From Candidatus Cloacimonadales bacterium (GTDB lineage Bacteria; Cloacimonadota; Cloacimonadia; Cloacimonadales; JAFGVF01), in contig OY762964.1 of NCBI GenBank assembly GCA_963667035.1, positions 320,001 through 384,000 on the forward strand: 64,000 bases of DNA, in the 5' to 3' direction. Every line of letters begins with the position of its first letter. Position 1 is the stretch's first letter. A model generated the notes under the pieces. The model saw only the letters and a list, made by a program, of their open reading frames with translations. It was not told the origin of the DNA and searched no databases. Both the position numbers and the translations under genes were made by a program. Shown here piece by piece: positions 1 through 8,934 of the stretch.

Positions 1-2
1 TA

Positions 3-1307
3 GTAGAATTTCTCATTATTATCTGTATAAACTTCAGATACTTTACCGACTTTCTGATGCTTAATAAAATCTATCACTTCTTCATTGTTACCAATACCGG
101 GAACGTAAGTTGAGTTTTCTCTGATTTCTGATGTTTCTCTTGATTCGAAACCCCTTGCTTCAGCTTCTTTGTCAAAGTTCTCGATATTTGCAATTTCTGC
201 GAAGTTATTAACTGCATCAATCTGTTTCTGTTTTGAATCTTCACCGGCTTCAACTTTGAGAAGAATATGACGAGCCCAAACTTCATCTTTTCCCTTATCA
301 TCTTTTCTGTCGCCAAGCTTCTGAATAATGTGCCAACCGAATTTAGTTTTAACAGGTTCAGAAATCTCATCTTTCTTTAAAGCAAAAGCAACATCTTCAA
401 ATTCTTTAACCATTCTACGACGTCCAAAATAACCTAAGTCTCCACCCTTATCCTTATTGGAATCATCTTGGGAAAATTCTTTAGCCATTTCAGCAAAGTC
501 AGCACCGTCTTTAATTTTTTTGTAAAGCTCATCGGCTTTATCTTTAATAACTTTATAATCAGCATCTGTTGGAGCTGTAATGTCAACTCTTACATACTTT
601 GCTTTTGAATATGGTTCTCTCTTGAACTCTTCTTTATTGTCATCATAATATGATTTGATTTCTTCGTCTGAAATTGTAATATCTTTGATATCCATAGAGT
701 TAAAATCAATTACTTTTCCTGAAACTCTTGTGTTATCTTCAATATAGTCAGCTTTAACGCTATCTTCTGTTACAACAACTTCATTCTTGATTTTCTCTTC
801 TAAGATTGAGTAAGGAAGAGTTTCGTTCATATATGCTTCAATACTTGCACCGAACTGTGGGTTGTCAGCTAACATAGAAGCAAGCTTGTTGTAGTCATAA
901 ACACCATCAGTTTGTGCTTGTGGTAAAGATTTAATATCCTCAGGAGGATCGTTTTTAAGTCTGTCGATGATAATATCTTTATCAATCTTAATATTGCTCT
1001 TCTTCAATTCTTTGCTAAGAAGAATACGAGCCATAAATCTTTCCCATGTTTGATTCATGAGACGTTTTTCAGTCGCTTCATCTAACTCTTTGTCTTTGTT
1101 TGCTTCCTGAGAAGCCCATGCCTGAACTTCGGCACGATAGTTATCAACAAACTCTTTTCTCTCAATCTTTACACCATTGATTTTACCTACATAACCGGGT
1201 CGTCCGTTAAACAAACCTGTTATACCTCCAACTGCCATACCTACAATAAATACAAAAACAATAACGTAAATTACTACTTTCTGTTTCTCACGAAATTTCT
1301 CAAGCAT
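3..1307 (-). CDS. PpiD/SurA-like parvulin peptidyl-prolyl isomerase (periplasmic foldase); 3' end runs off the window
   Basis: Missing from the ORF track; translated by hand from ATG 1307 (SD GGAGG upstream): MLEKFREKQKVVIYVIVFVFIVGMAVGG (TM anchor), SurA-N-like region, parvulin motifs DFAEMAKEFSQDDSNKDKGGDLGYF, MVKEFEDVAFAL, PVKTKFGWHIIQ, ARHILLK. Confidence 0.9.
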   Translation of the reverse strand, partial: MLEKFREKQKVVIYVIVFVFIVGMAVGGITGLFNGRPGYVGKINGVKIERKEFVDNYRAEVQAWASQEANKDKELDEATEKRLMNQTWERFMARILLSKELKKSNIKIDKDIIIDRLKNDPPEDIKSLPQAQTDGVYDYNKLASMLADNPQFGASIEAYMNETLPYSILEEKIKNEVVVTEDSVKADYIEDNTRVSGKVIDFNSMDIKDITISDEEIKSYYDDNKEEFKREPYSKAKYVRVDITAPTDADYKVIKDKADELYKKIKDGADFAEMAKEFSQDDSNKDKGGDLGYFGRRRMVKEFEDVAFALKKDEISEPVKTKFGWHIIQKLGDRKDDKGKDEVWARHILLKVEAGEDSKQKQIDAVNNFAEIANIENFDKEAEARGFESRETSEIRENSTYVPGIGNNEEVIDFIKHQKVGKVSEVYTDNNEKFY

Positions 1308-1511
1308 ATATATTCCTCCAGCTTAATATCATTTTAGCATTACCAAATGCAATAACAAAAAAGAACTCTTTTTGTTCAAGTAATTTTTTCAGAATGTTGA
1401 TTTTATATGGATGTGATAATTTATAATCTCTTAAGGAGTTTCTGTTAATGGGGGCGGGAGTAATCCGACAGATGTGTAAAAATTGGAGCTTTTTACTCTC
1501 TCTATTTTCAT

Positions 1512-1674
1512 TCCTTTAGCAATCCCACCAACTACGTATTTTTTTCAAGATTTTCTCTCATTTTTCTCCGGTTTCTCTCCCGTTGCGAGCAACGGGAGAC
1601 CAACGGGAGAGCAACGGGAGAGCAACGGGAGACTAACCCGAAAGAAACCCGTGGTTGGTGGACGCCTAAAAGGA
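1512..1674 (+). repeat. ~160-bp dispersed element, copy 1 (imperfect terminal inverted repeats; internal hairpin plus 4 x 11-bp (G/C)CAACGGGAGA)
   Basis: TCTCCCGTTGC-GA-GCAACGGGAGA hairpin at 1576-1599, further tandem units to 1632; ends TCCTTTAGCAATCCCACCAACTAC / GTGGTTGGTGGACGCCTAAAAGGA; homologous to 26334-26496 and 46589-46740. Confidence 0.9.
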
Positions 1675-1819
1675 GTCATTCAAGAAATGAAAATAAGATA
1701 AAATAGGAGATAAATAGGAAGGAAATGGGAGTCGAAAACCAGAGCAAATATGTGTCTTTACAACGTCCTAAATAAAGTAGACACATATATAACTGAGAGA
1801 AATTAAAGGTTTACAGAAA

Positions 1820-2065
1820 ATGAAACAGAAAACAGCATTATGCTATAGTGAAGTATTTAAACGCAAAGTAGTTAAAGAAATTGAAGATGGAGTCCTAACT
1901 ATCTCCCAAGCAAGAACTATTTACAACATAGGTGGCTCCTCAACTTTGAAACGTTGGATTAATGAATACGGAATAAATGATTGCATGGGAAGGACGGTAC
2001 ACTTGGATGCAGCCGAAAAGCTACTACAAAGAGAAGAAAGCCTTAGAGCAAAAGATAGATTTTGA
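1820..2065 (+). pseudogene. IS3 OrfA (HTH) remnant
   Basis: YSEVFKRKVVKEIE...ISQARTIYNIGGSSTLKRWINEYG HTH; appears to lack the usual coiled-coil C-terminus. Confidence 0.8.
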
Positions 2066-2607
2066 AGAGAAGGTAATCTCTAAAGTTATGGTTATACGTT
2101 CAGTAATTCCAGAGACCGGAGGTCGTAAATTACAGGAGCATCTTCCTGATCCTGAATATGGAGTTCCAATCACAGTTGGACGCGATAAGCTTTTTGATAT
2201 ACTCAGAGCTCAAGGTTTGTTGTTTAAACATAAGCCTCGTAAGGTATATACATCTGTCTCTGACCCGGATCATCAAGTATATCTAAATTTATTAGAGAAT
2301 CTGACAGTAACTCGACCTAATCAGGTTTGGGTAACAGATATAACCTATTTGCAGTTAGTAAATGGTAAGCATTGCTATCTATCAATAATGATTGATTACT
2401 ACAGTCGTAAGATTGTGGGTTTTACAGTACAGAAAGACATGACGGCAGAAAGTACACTTGCAACCTTCAATAAAGCTTATAAGAGTATCAAGCCTGCACC
2501 CGGCTTGATACACCACTCTGATAAAGGTTCTCAATACACTTCAGGAGTCTATACTAATCGATTGCAAGAGTGTGGAGTAGATATAAGCATGACCGGTCCT
2601 AACAAAT
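1977..2607 (+). pseudogene. IS3 OrfB (DDE integrase core), truncated and in the +1 frame relative to orfA
   Basis: RPNQVWVTDITY and IHHSDKGSQY (first two Asp) are present; the sequence breaks before the catalytic Glu (AIAERINRTIK in copy 3); A4 here versus A5 at the junction in copy 3. Confidence 0.85.
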
Positions 2608-2635
2608 CAAAGACCATAAAATTCGTAAAAGAAAA

Positions 2636-2664
2636 ACCCCAAGTTTATTTCGAAACTTGGGGTA
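2636..2664. terminator. Intrinsic terminator hairpin downstream of pepA
   Basis: ACCCCAAGTTT...AAACTTGGGGT inverted repeat with T-run on the minus strand. Confidence 0.7.
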
Positions 2665-2691
2665 AACTGATTTATCGTTCTTATGCTTTAT

Positions 2692-4146
2692 TTATTCAGC
2701 TAAGTTCTCTATTAGAGCAGTAATTAGTCTAACTCCCCAGCCGGTAGCACCGGATGGAGTATACCCTTTATCTTTTGCACTTAAAGCAAGTCCCGCCATA
2801 TCAACATGGAGCCAAGGCTTGCCCTGTACGAATTCTTCAATAAACATTCCTGCAGTTATAGTCCCCGCTTCTCTGCCACCAACATTTTTAATGTCAGCAA
2901 TGTTAGATTTGAGAAGATCTTTGTATTCTTCAAAGTTTGGGAGAGGCCATATTTTTTCACCTGTAATGTCTGAAGCAGCATCAAGAGCTTCCAGAAGACC
3001 TTCATCATTAGTTACAACAGCCGAAGCAACTGTTCCTAAGCAAACCACTTGTGCTCCTGTAAGAGTAGCTATATCGAGAAGTCCGTAAACATTTTCTTTT
3101 TCAATTGCATAGTGAATAGCATCTACAAGAGTTAATCTTCCTTCAGCATCGGTATTAATAACTTCAATGGTTTTGCCGGCCATTGAACCGATTATATCTC
3201 CGGTACGATAGGCATCTCCTGAAATCATATTTTCACAAGTTGCAATTATAGCGGTCACATTAACTTTTGGTCTGAGCTGTCCGATGGCACACATAGCACC
3301 AATAACAGCTGCAGAACCACCCATATCAGCTTTCATTGTTACCATTCCGTCTGCTGTTTTTATGCAATATCCGCCACTATCGTAAGTTAATCCCTTACCG
3401 ATAAGACCAAATGTTTTGTCAGTATCAGGGTCACCTTTATATCTCATGATAATAAGTTTTGGTTCTTCTGTAGCACCTTTAGCAACTGACCAGAAAGCAT
3501 CCATTTTATTGGCATGAATATATTCTTTACTATGAACCTCAACATGTAATCCTGATTCAGTACCCATTTCGTGAGCTCTTCTTGCTAATTCAGTCGGAGT
3601 AACAACATTTGCAGGTTCATTAACCAGGTCTCTGGCAAAGTTGGTTGTTTTACCAAGAATTTGACCTTCATAGATTCCATCTTCCATATCAAGATTAGTC
3701 TCACTTAAGAGATATATTATTTTTAAATTGCTATCATTTTTCTTTTCCTGGAACTTGTCGAATTTATAAAGTGCCAATTCAACAGCTTCTCCGATAACTC
3801 TACCGAATAATTTGTAGTCGTCTGTGTGTGGGTACTGAGCAATTATGCATTCATCCACAGGCTTAAACTTGGCAATTGCCTTAATGCTGGTAGCAATTGC
3901 ATTCCTAAGAATGTCCGGTCCGTATTTATCTTCTTTTCCAAGTCCCACAAATATAGTGTCAATTCTACCCTTATCGATTCTATCTATAAAAGTGTAACTC
4001 TGACCTTTCTTAAAATTGAATTCGGAAGCTATCAATTCTTGCTTTTGAGCTTCAGTAACCCATTCCGGATAACCTTCTTGTTCGAAATCAAGTTTAAGAT
4101 ATACCTTCGCTGTATCAGGTATCCGGGAGATTAGTTTAATATTCAT
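2692..4146 (-). CDS. pepA: Leucyl aminopeptidase (M17)
   Basis: GKGLTYDSGG, MKADMGGSA, NTDAEGRL, DIATLTGA motifs. Confidence 0.95.
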   Translation of the reverse strand: MNIKLISRIPDTAKVYLKLDFEQEGYPEWVTEAQKQELIASEFNFKKGQSYTFIDRIDKGRIDTIFVGLGKEDKYGPDILRNAIATSIKAIAKFKPVDECIIAQYPHTDDYKLFGRVIGEAVELALYKFDKFQEKKNDSNLKIIYLLSETNLDMEDGIYEGQILGKTTNFARDLVNEPANVVTPTELARRAHEMGTESGLHVEVHSKEYIHANKMDAFWSVAKGATEEPKLIIMRYKGDPDTDKTFGLIGKGLTYDSGGYCIKTADGMVTMKADMGGSAAVIGAMCAIGQLRPKVNVTAIIATCENMISGDAYRTGDIIGSMAGKTIEVINTDAEGRLTLVDAIHYAIEKENVYGLLDIATLTGAQVVCLGTVASAVVTNDEGLLEALDAASDITGEKIWPLPNFEEYKDLLKSNIADIKNVGGREAGTITAGMFIEEFVQGKPWLHVDMAGLALSAKDKGYTPSGATGWGVRLITALIENLAE

Positions 4147-4159
4147 TATTCCTCCATCA

Positions 4160-4909
4160 TTAATTATTCAAGACTGATTTAAAGAACTCATCGGCACATT
4201 CAATAATAATATCTTTATCATAGTCCATAGTTGCCACATGATAAGAATTATCTAACCAGATAAGTTTCTTCATATTTGAGCGGATGTTCTCATAAGTCCA
4301 TTCTGCACTTACAACAGGGACGACATGATCATCTTTAGACTTGAATATAATAACCGGTTGTGTCAATTTGTGCAAGTCCAATCTTACCGCTGTTATTAAC
4401 TTAAGCATTTGATGAATTCCTTCTAGAGGAGTTTTTTCATAGGCTATCTCTTTTTGAGATTTATCTTTAATGTCTGATGCTATAGGTTTAGTCGTTCTTT
4501 TGATACTTTTGAGAAATGGTATCCACTTCATCATTGGATTCGTAAAAATCATAGCATGATTAATTAGAGCAGCACCTTTTAGAATGGGATATATTTCCAG
4601 CATCCGCATTGAAAGGGTTCCTCCCATAGATAAACCTAGAATGAATACGTTCTTCGTTCTTTTCATACAGTCATCAATGCCCTTTTCTACATCTTTAATC
4701 CAGTCTGTGTATTGAGTGTTCTCAAGGTCTTGCCAGTCTGTTCCATGCCCGCTCAGAGGGGGCATCTCTACGTGATACCCTTTCTCAGCAAACCTTTCTG
4801 CTACGTAAAGCATACTGGAAGTTGTCGAAGTGAAACCATGTACAATAACAACGCCTATGTCTTCTGTTCCTTCATAACTGAACTCATGGTGATGTTTTAA
4901 CAAACTCAT
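4160..4909 (-). CDS. Alpha/beta-hydrolase carboxylesterase / monoacylglycerol lipase (Est30/YvaK-like)
   Basis: VHGFTS, GLSMGG nucleophile elbow, DDHVVP, NSYHV; directly downstream of glpK. Confidence 0.85.
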   Translation of the reverse strand: MSLLKHHHEFSYEGTEDIGVVIVHGFTSTTSSMLYVAERFAEKGYHVEMPPLSGHGTDWQDLENTQYTDWIKDVEKGIDDCMKRTKNVFILGLSMGGTLSMRMLEIYPILKGAALINHAMIFTNPMMKWIPFLKSIKRTTKPIASDIKDKSQKEIAYEKTPLEGIHQMLKLITAVRLDLHKLTQPVIIFKSKDDHVVPVVSAEWTYENIRSNMKKLIWLDNSYHVATMDYDKDIIIECADEFFKSVLNN

Positions 4910-4917
4910 TGTTCCTC

Positions 4918-6420
4918 CTATACTGTAATTGATTTTCTAATAGCTCTTTGCCAGCCATTAACTAATCTATCTATCTCTTTCTTTGAACCCTTGGGTTCCC
5001 ATGCAATATCCCTTTTCTGTATTAACAGTAATTCCTCTTTGCTCCAAAAACCTGATGCAAGTCCTGAGCCAAAAGCTGCTCCTAAACATGTCGTTTCACT
5101 AATTTTAGGTTTAATAACTTCACATTCCAAAATATCCGATAGAAACTGCATAAGTAAAGAGTTAACTGTCATACCACCATCAACTTTCAGTTGTTTAAGC
5201 TCTATCCCTGTATCTGCTTCCATCGCTTTGAATACATCATAAGTCTGATATGCAGTAGCCTCTAACACTGCTCTTGCTAAATGAGAGGAATTGCTATAAT
5301 GAGTGATTCCTGTTATTAAACCTTGAGCATTTGAGTTCCAATAAGGAGCGAATAATCCACTGAAAGCGGGGACACAATATACGCCTCCATTATCTGATGC
5401 TTTTGAGGCAAGAGTCTCAATATCAGCAGATTGTTTTATTAATCCAATGTTATCTCTAAACCATTGAACTAACGAACCGGCTAAAGCAATTGAACCTTCT
5501 AAAGCATAGACAGGTTCTTTATCTTCAATAGAATAAGCAGGAGTTGTTAACAGCCCATTCTCAGAAAGATAAAAATCATGACCAATATTCATTAACAGAA
5601 AAGCTCCTGTACCATAAGTACTTTTAGCTTCTCCTTTTATATAGCAATTCTGTCCGAATAAAGCTGCTTGTTGATCTCCTAAAACAGTGTTAATCATAAC
5701 ACTTGTTTCTTTACCCTTCCATACCAATTTGCCATAACCCTTAGGAGTTATTGAAGGTTTCACTTCAGGTAAAGCAGATCTTGGAACGGAGAAGATATCT
5801 AACAACTCGTCATCCCAATCAAAATCCCTTATATTATATAAGAGAGTTCTTCCTGCATTAGTAACATCTGTAGCATGAACATGTTTTGTTAGATTCCAAA
5901 GCAACCAACTATCCATGGTTCCAATCAATGCATTATCATTCCTTAGAGCAGACTTTACATCACTATTATTATCTATTAACCACTTGATTTTAGATCCTGA
6001 GAAATAAGTAGCAGGGGGTAGTCCTGTCTTCTCTCTGAAAAAATTCTTGCCGTATTTATTATCTAGCTTCTCACATAACTCTGCAGTTCGTGTATCTTGC
6101 CATACTATTGCATTGTAAAGTGGTTTGCCTGTGTGTTTATCCCATATTGTGACAGTTTCTCTTTGATTTGTAATACCTATTGATACTAATTCATTAACTG
6201 AGATTGATGCTTTTGACAATGTTTTGTTAATTGCTTTCTTAGTATTTTCAAGAATCTCTGTAGGGTCTTGTTCAACCCAACCGGGATTTGGATAATATTG
6301 TTTATGTTCTATTTGAGTACTACAAACAATATCTCCTTTATGATTGAAGATTATGAATCTAGAACTTGTTGTTCCTTGGTCAATTGCACCGATATACTTA
6401 TTTGTCTGTAATTTCACCAT
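4918..6420 (-). CDS. glpK: Glycerol kinase
   Basis: AIDQGTTSSR, GITNQRET, GDQQAALFGQ, KSTYGTG, LKVDGG motifs. Confidence 0.95.
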   Translation of the reverse strand: MVKLQTNKYIGAIDQGTTSSRFIIFNHKGDIVCSTQIEHKQYYPNPGWVEQDPTEILENTKKAINKTLSKASISVNELVSIGITNQRETVTIWDKHTGKPLYNAIVWQDTRTAELCEKLDNKYGKNFFREKTGLPPATYFSGSKIKWLIDNNSDVKSALRNDNALIGTMDSWLLWNLTKHVHATDVTNAGRTLLYNIRDFDWDDELLDIFSVPRSALPEVKPSITPKGYGKLVWKGKETSVMINTVLGDQQAALFGQNCYIKGEAKSTYGTGAFLLMNIGHDFYLSENGLLTTPAYSIEDKEPVYALEGSIALAGSLVQWFRDNIGLIKQSADIETLASKASDNGGVYCVPAFSGLFAPYWNSNAQGLITGITHYSNSSHLARAVLEATAYQTYDVFKAMEADTGIELKQLKVDGGMTVNSLLMQFLSDILECEVIKPKISETTCLGAAFGSGLASGFWSKEELLLIQKRDIAWEPKGSKKEIDRLVNGWQRAIRKSITV

Positions 6421-6488
6421 AAGAACTTTGTAACTATATAAATTTATTAGTCAAGAATAATCTCTTTATATGAACAAGAAGAAAAAAA

Positions 6489-8852
6489 CTACAGAAGACT
6501 TATCGGGTCAATATCCAAAGTAGAATGAATAGTTGTTAATTTTGGTCCGTTAGTAAGAATATAATCAATAGCTTTATGTAGCAGAGCTATGCTAGGAGCT
6601 CTAACTATGACATGGTATCTGTAATTATTATTAACTTTGGGAATAGGAGCTTCAATAGGTCCATTTATTATGACTTTGTTATCCAATGTATCGGCGATTA
6701 TCTTAAACATAGGTTGTAAACCAATCATTGATTTTTGGAGTGAATTCTGATTTTTACACTGGTAAACGATTCTTGCCATTTTATAGAATGGGGCATACTT
6801 TAGAGCTTTTCTTAACTCAAGCTCTTCTTTTACAAACAAAGATTGATCTCTCGCCACAGCATATCTAATGGAGTAATGTTCCGGTAGATAAGATTGAATA
6901 ACCACTTCACCGACTTTATCAGCTCTACCCGGGCGTCCTGCAATTTGTATTAGTAACTGGAATGCACGCTCTGAAGCCCTAAAATCAGGGAAACTGAGTG
7001 ATAAATCTGCCGAAATGACTACTGCTAAGGTTACATTGGGAAAATCTAATCCTTTAGCAATCATCTGTGTCCCAAGCAATATGTCAACACTACCTGAAAT
7101 CATTGATTCAAAAAGCTCTTCATGAGCATTTCGTTTTTTTGATGTATCTGAATCTATACGGAGTATGCTTGCTTCGGGAAATCTCTCCTTTAAAATCTCT
7201 TCAATTCTCTGAGTACCGGGAGTTCCAAGTCTAAATTCATAGGAACCACAATTACTGCATTTACGAGGAGGAGGTGTTTCTAATCCGCAATAATGGCACA
7301 CGAGCTTATTCAAGTCCTTATGATAGTGCATGCTGATATCACAGTTATTGCATTTTACTATTTCACCACAAGAAGTGCATTGGATGTAAGCGGAAAAAGC
7401 TCTTCTGTTATGAAGTATCATGATTTGTTCTTTTGCTTTCAAACGATCCGCAATCTTATTGATAAGATATGGGGAAAATATAGTTCCCTTTGCTTCTTTT
7501 CTCATGTCTACCAGAGTAATTTTAGGCTCTTTATGCTTAGTTGGTCTGTGAGTCAATTTCAAGAGCTTGTACTTACTTGTGAAGACATTATTGAACGACT
7601 CCAAACTTGGGGTAGCACTTCCTAAAATTACAGGACAATTATGAGCTTTTGCTCTCACGATAGCAATATCTCTTGCATTATAGCGAGGAGCAATATCTTG
7701 CTTATAACTTTGATCGTGCTCTTCATCAACAACAATCAAACCAAGATTGGCTAAAGGAGCAAAAATTGCGCTTCTTACTCCTACTACTATTCTTGTGAAA
7801 CCATTGTTTATTCTTTTCCACTCTTCATACCGAGCTCTATCTGAAAGACCGCTATGTAGAATAGATACACTGTTTCCAAAGACAGCTTTAAATCTGGTTG
7901 CAGTTTGGGGTGTAAGAGAGATTTCAGGTATTAATACAATACCTGTTTTACCATTATTCAGTACCTCTTTCAGCACTCTGATATACACTTCTGTTTTACC
8001 ACTTCCTGTAATTCCGTGTAAAAGGAATGGAGAAAACTCTTTAAGATTGGAAGTGACTTTCCCAATGGCTTCTTCTTGCTCTTTTGAGAGTTGTATGCTT
8101 TCGTCTTGTTTATAAGATCTATCTAATTGAAACCCATCAGGACAAGGTAGTGAAACAGCCTTAATTGCACCTTTTTTCTCCAAGGCTCTTATCACATAAG
8201 AAGAGAATCTCTTATTAAGAGAATTCTTTGGATACATTCCATCTTTCTCAAGTAAGAAATCCATTACTATTGTTTGCAAATCAGTAAGTTTTACTTCTCG
8301 GTTATTTATCTTTAAGTAAGTGCAAACTTTATCATTTACTTTCTGAGGATATCTACGCTCAATTTGTATCAGATCTTGTTGTTCTAATTCTAGTATTCTG
8401 GAATAGAAGTTACCTGTTTTTGATTCACGTCGGATTTTATTCAGCTTATGCTTTTTATTCTTGTCTAGCTCTGAAAGGTATTGAGTGAGATTATCAATAA
8501 TTGGAAAATCCTTCAGAACAATAACATCTTGCATTATCTCAAGATTAAAGGCTGGCGGAAGAATCGAAAAAAGAGCTTTCCCAAGACTGCAAAAGTAGTA
8601 ATTGCTTATCCATGAGGCTAGTTTATAGAGTTGTGTATTTATTAAGGGGTCTTCATCAATAATCTCTATGACAGGTTTATACTTAATGGTAGAATCAAGA
8701 ATTGATTCATCAACTTCTTCTCCGGCTATTCCAACTTTAATGATATTCTGGAAAGGAACGATCAATCTCGCTCCTTTCTTAATTGGAGTAAAGGAGTAAT
8801 AATGAAAAGTGGTATCAATATCAATATTCAAGTATACTTCATAATAAATCAT
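6489..8852 (-). CDS. priA: Primosomal protein N' (replication-restart helicase)
   Basis: GITGSGKTEVY, PEISLTPQ, DEEHD, GSATPS, two CxxC zinc-finger pairs, GTQMIAKGLDFP; ATG 8852 preferred as start. Confidence 0.95.
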   Translation of the reverse strand: MIYYEVYLNIDIDTTFHYYSFTPIKKGARLIVPFQNIIKVGIAGEEVDESILDSTIKYKPVIEIIDEDPLINTQLYKLASWISNYYFCSLGKALFSILPPAFNLEIMQDVIVLKDFPIIDNLTQYLSELDKNKKHKLNKIRRESKTGNFYSRILELEQQDLIQIERRYPQKVNDKVCTYLKINNREVKLTDLQTIVMDFLLEKDGMYPKNSLNKRFSSYVIRALEKKGAIKAVSLPCPDGFQLDRSYKQDESIQLSKEQEEAIGKVTSNLKEFSPFLLHGITGSGKTEVYIRVLKEVLNNGKTGIVLIPEISLTPQTATRFKAVFGNSVSILHSGLSDRARYEEWKRINNGFTRIVVGVRSAIFAPLANLGLIVVDEEHDQSYKQDIAPRYNARDIAIVRAKAHNCPVILGSATPSLESFNNVFTSKYKLLKLTHRPTKHKEPKITLVDMRKEAKGTIFSPYLINKIADRLKAKEQIMILHNRRAFSAYIQCTSCGEIVKCNNCDISMHYHKDLNKLVCHYCGLETPPPRKCSNCGSYEFRLGTPGTQRIEEILKERFPEASILRIDSDTSKKRNAHEELFESMISGSVDILLGTQMIAKGLDFPNVTLAVVISADLSLSFPDFRASERAFQLLIQIAGRPGRADKVGEVVIQSYLPEHYSIRYAVARDQSLFVKEELELRKALKYAPFYKMARIVYQCKNQNSLQKSMIGLQPMFKIIADTLDNKVIINGPIEAPIPKVNNNYRYHVIVRAPSIALLHKAIDYILTNGPKLTTIHSTLDIDPISLL

Positions 8853-8887
8853 GATTCCAACCAATTTAGCTTTTAATAAAAGTCAAA

Positions 8888-8919
8888 AAAAAACAGCTTT
8901 GCTAAAGCAAAGCTGTTTT
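8888..8919 (-). terminator. Intrinsic terminator of the Agl/Glt-like operon
   Basis: AAACAGCTTTGC-TAAA-GCAAAGCTGTTT with a long T-run on the minus strand, running into the priA -35 box. Confidence 0.8.
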
Positions 8920-8934
8920 ATAATTATAAGATTC

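Larger units (their letters stand above)
1759..2607 (+). mobile_element. IS3-family insertion sequence, copy 1, truncated at the 3' end
   Basis: IRL TACAACGTCCTAAATAAAGTAGACAC at 1759-1784; near-identical to the 45367-46583 copy up to ...GGTCCTAACAAAT (2607), then unrelated; no IRR. Confidence 0.9.

Noticed and set aside
74..370. 98-aa minus-strand ORF and other short overlapping ORFs in the track
   Set aside because: Alternative-frame or antisense shadows of longer well-supported genes (here the PpiD-like gene).
1576..1632. 11-bp tandem repeats as a CRISPR or mini-CRISPR array
   Set aside because: Units are contiguous with no spacers, far too short, and there are no cas genes in the window.
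1483..1701. ORFs overlapping the 160-bp element (also 26264-26534)
   Set aside because: Products of the 11-bp repeat; starts and frames differ between copies and there is no SD.
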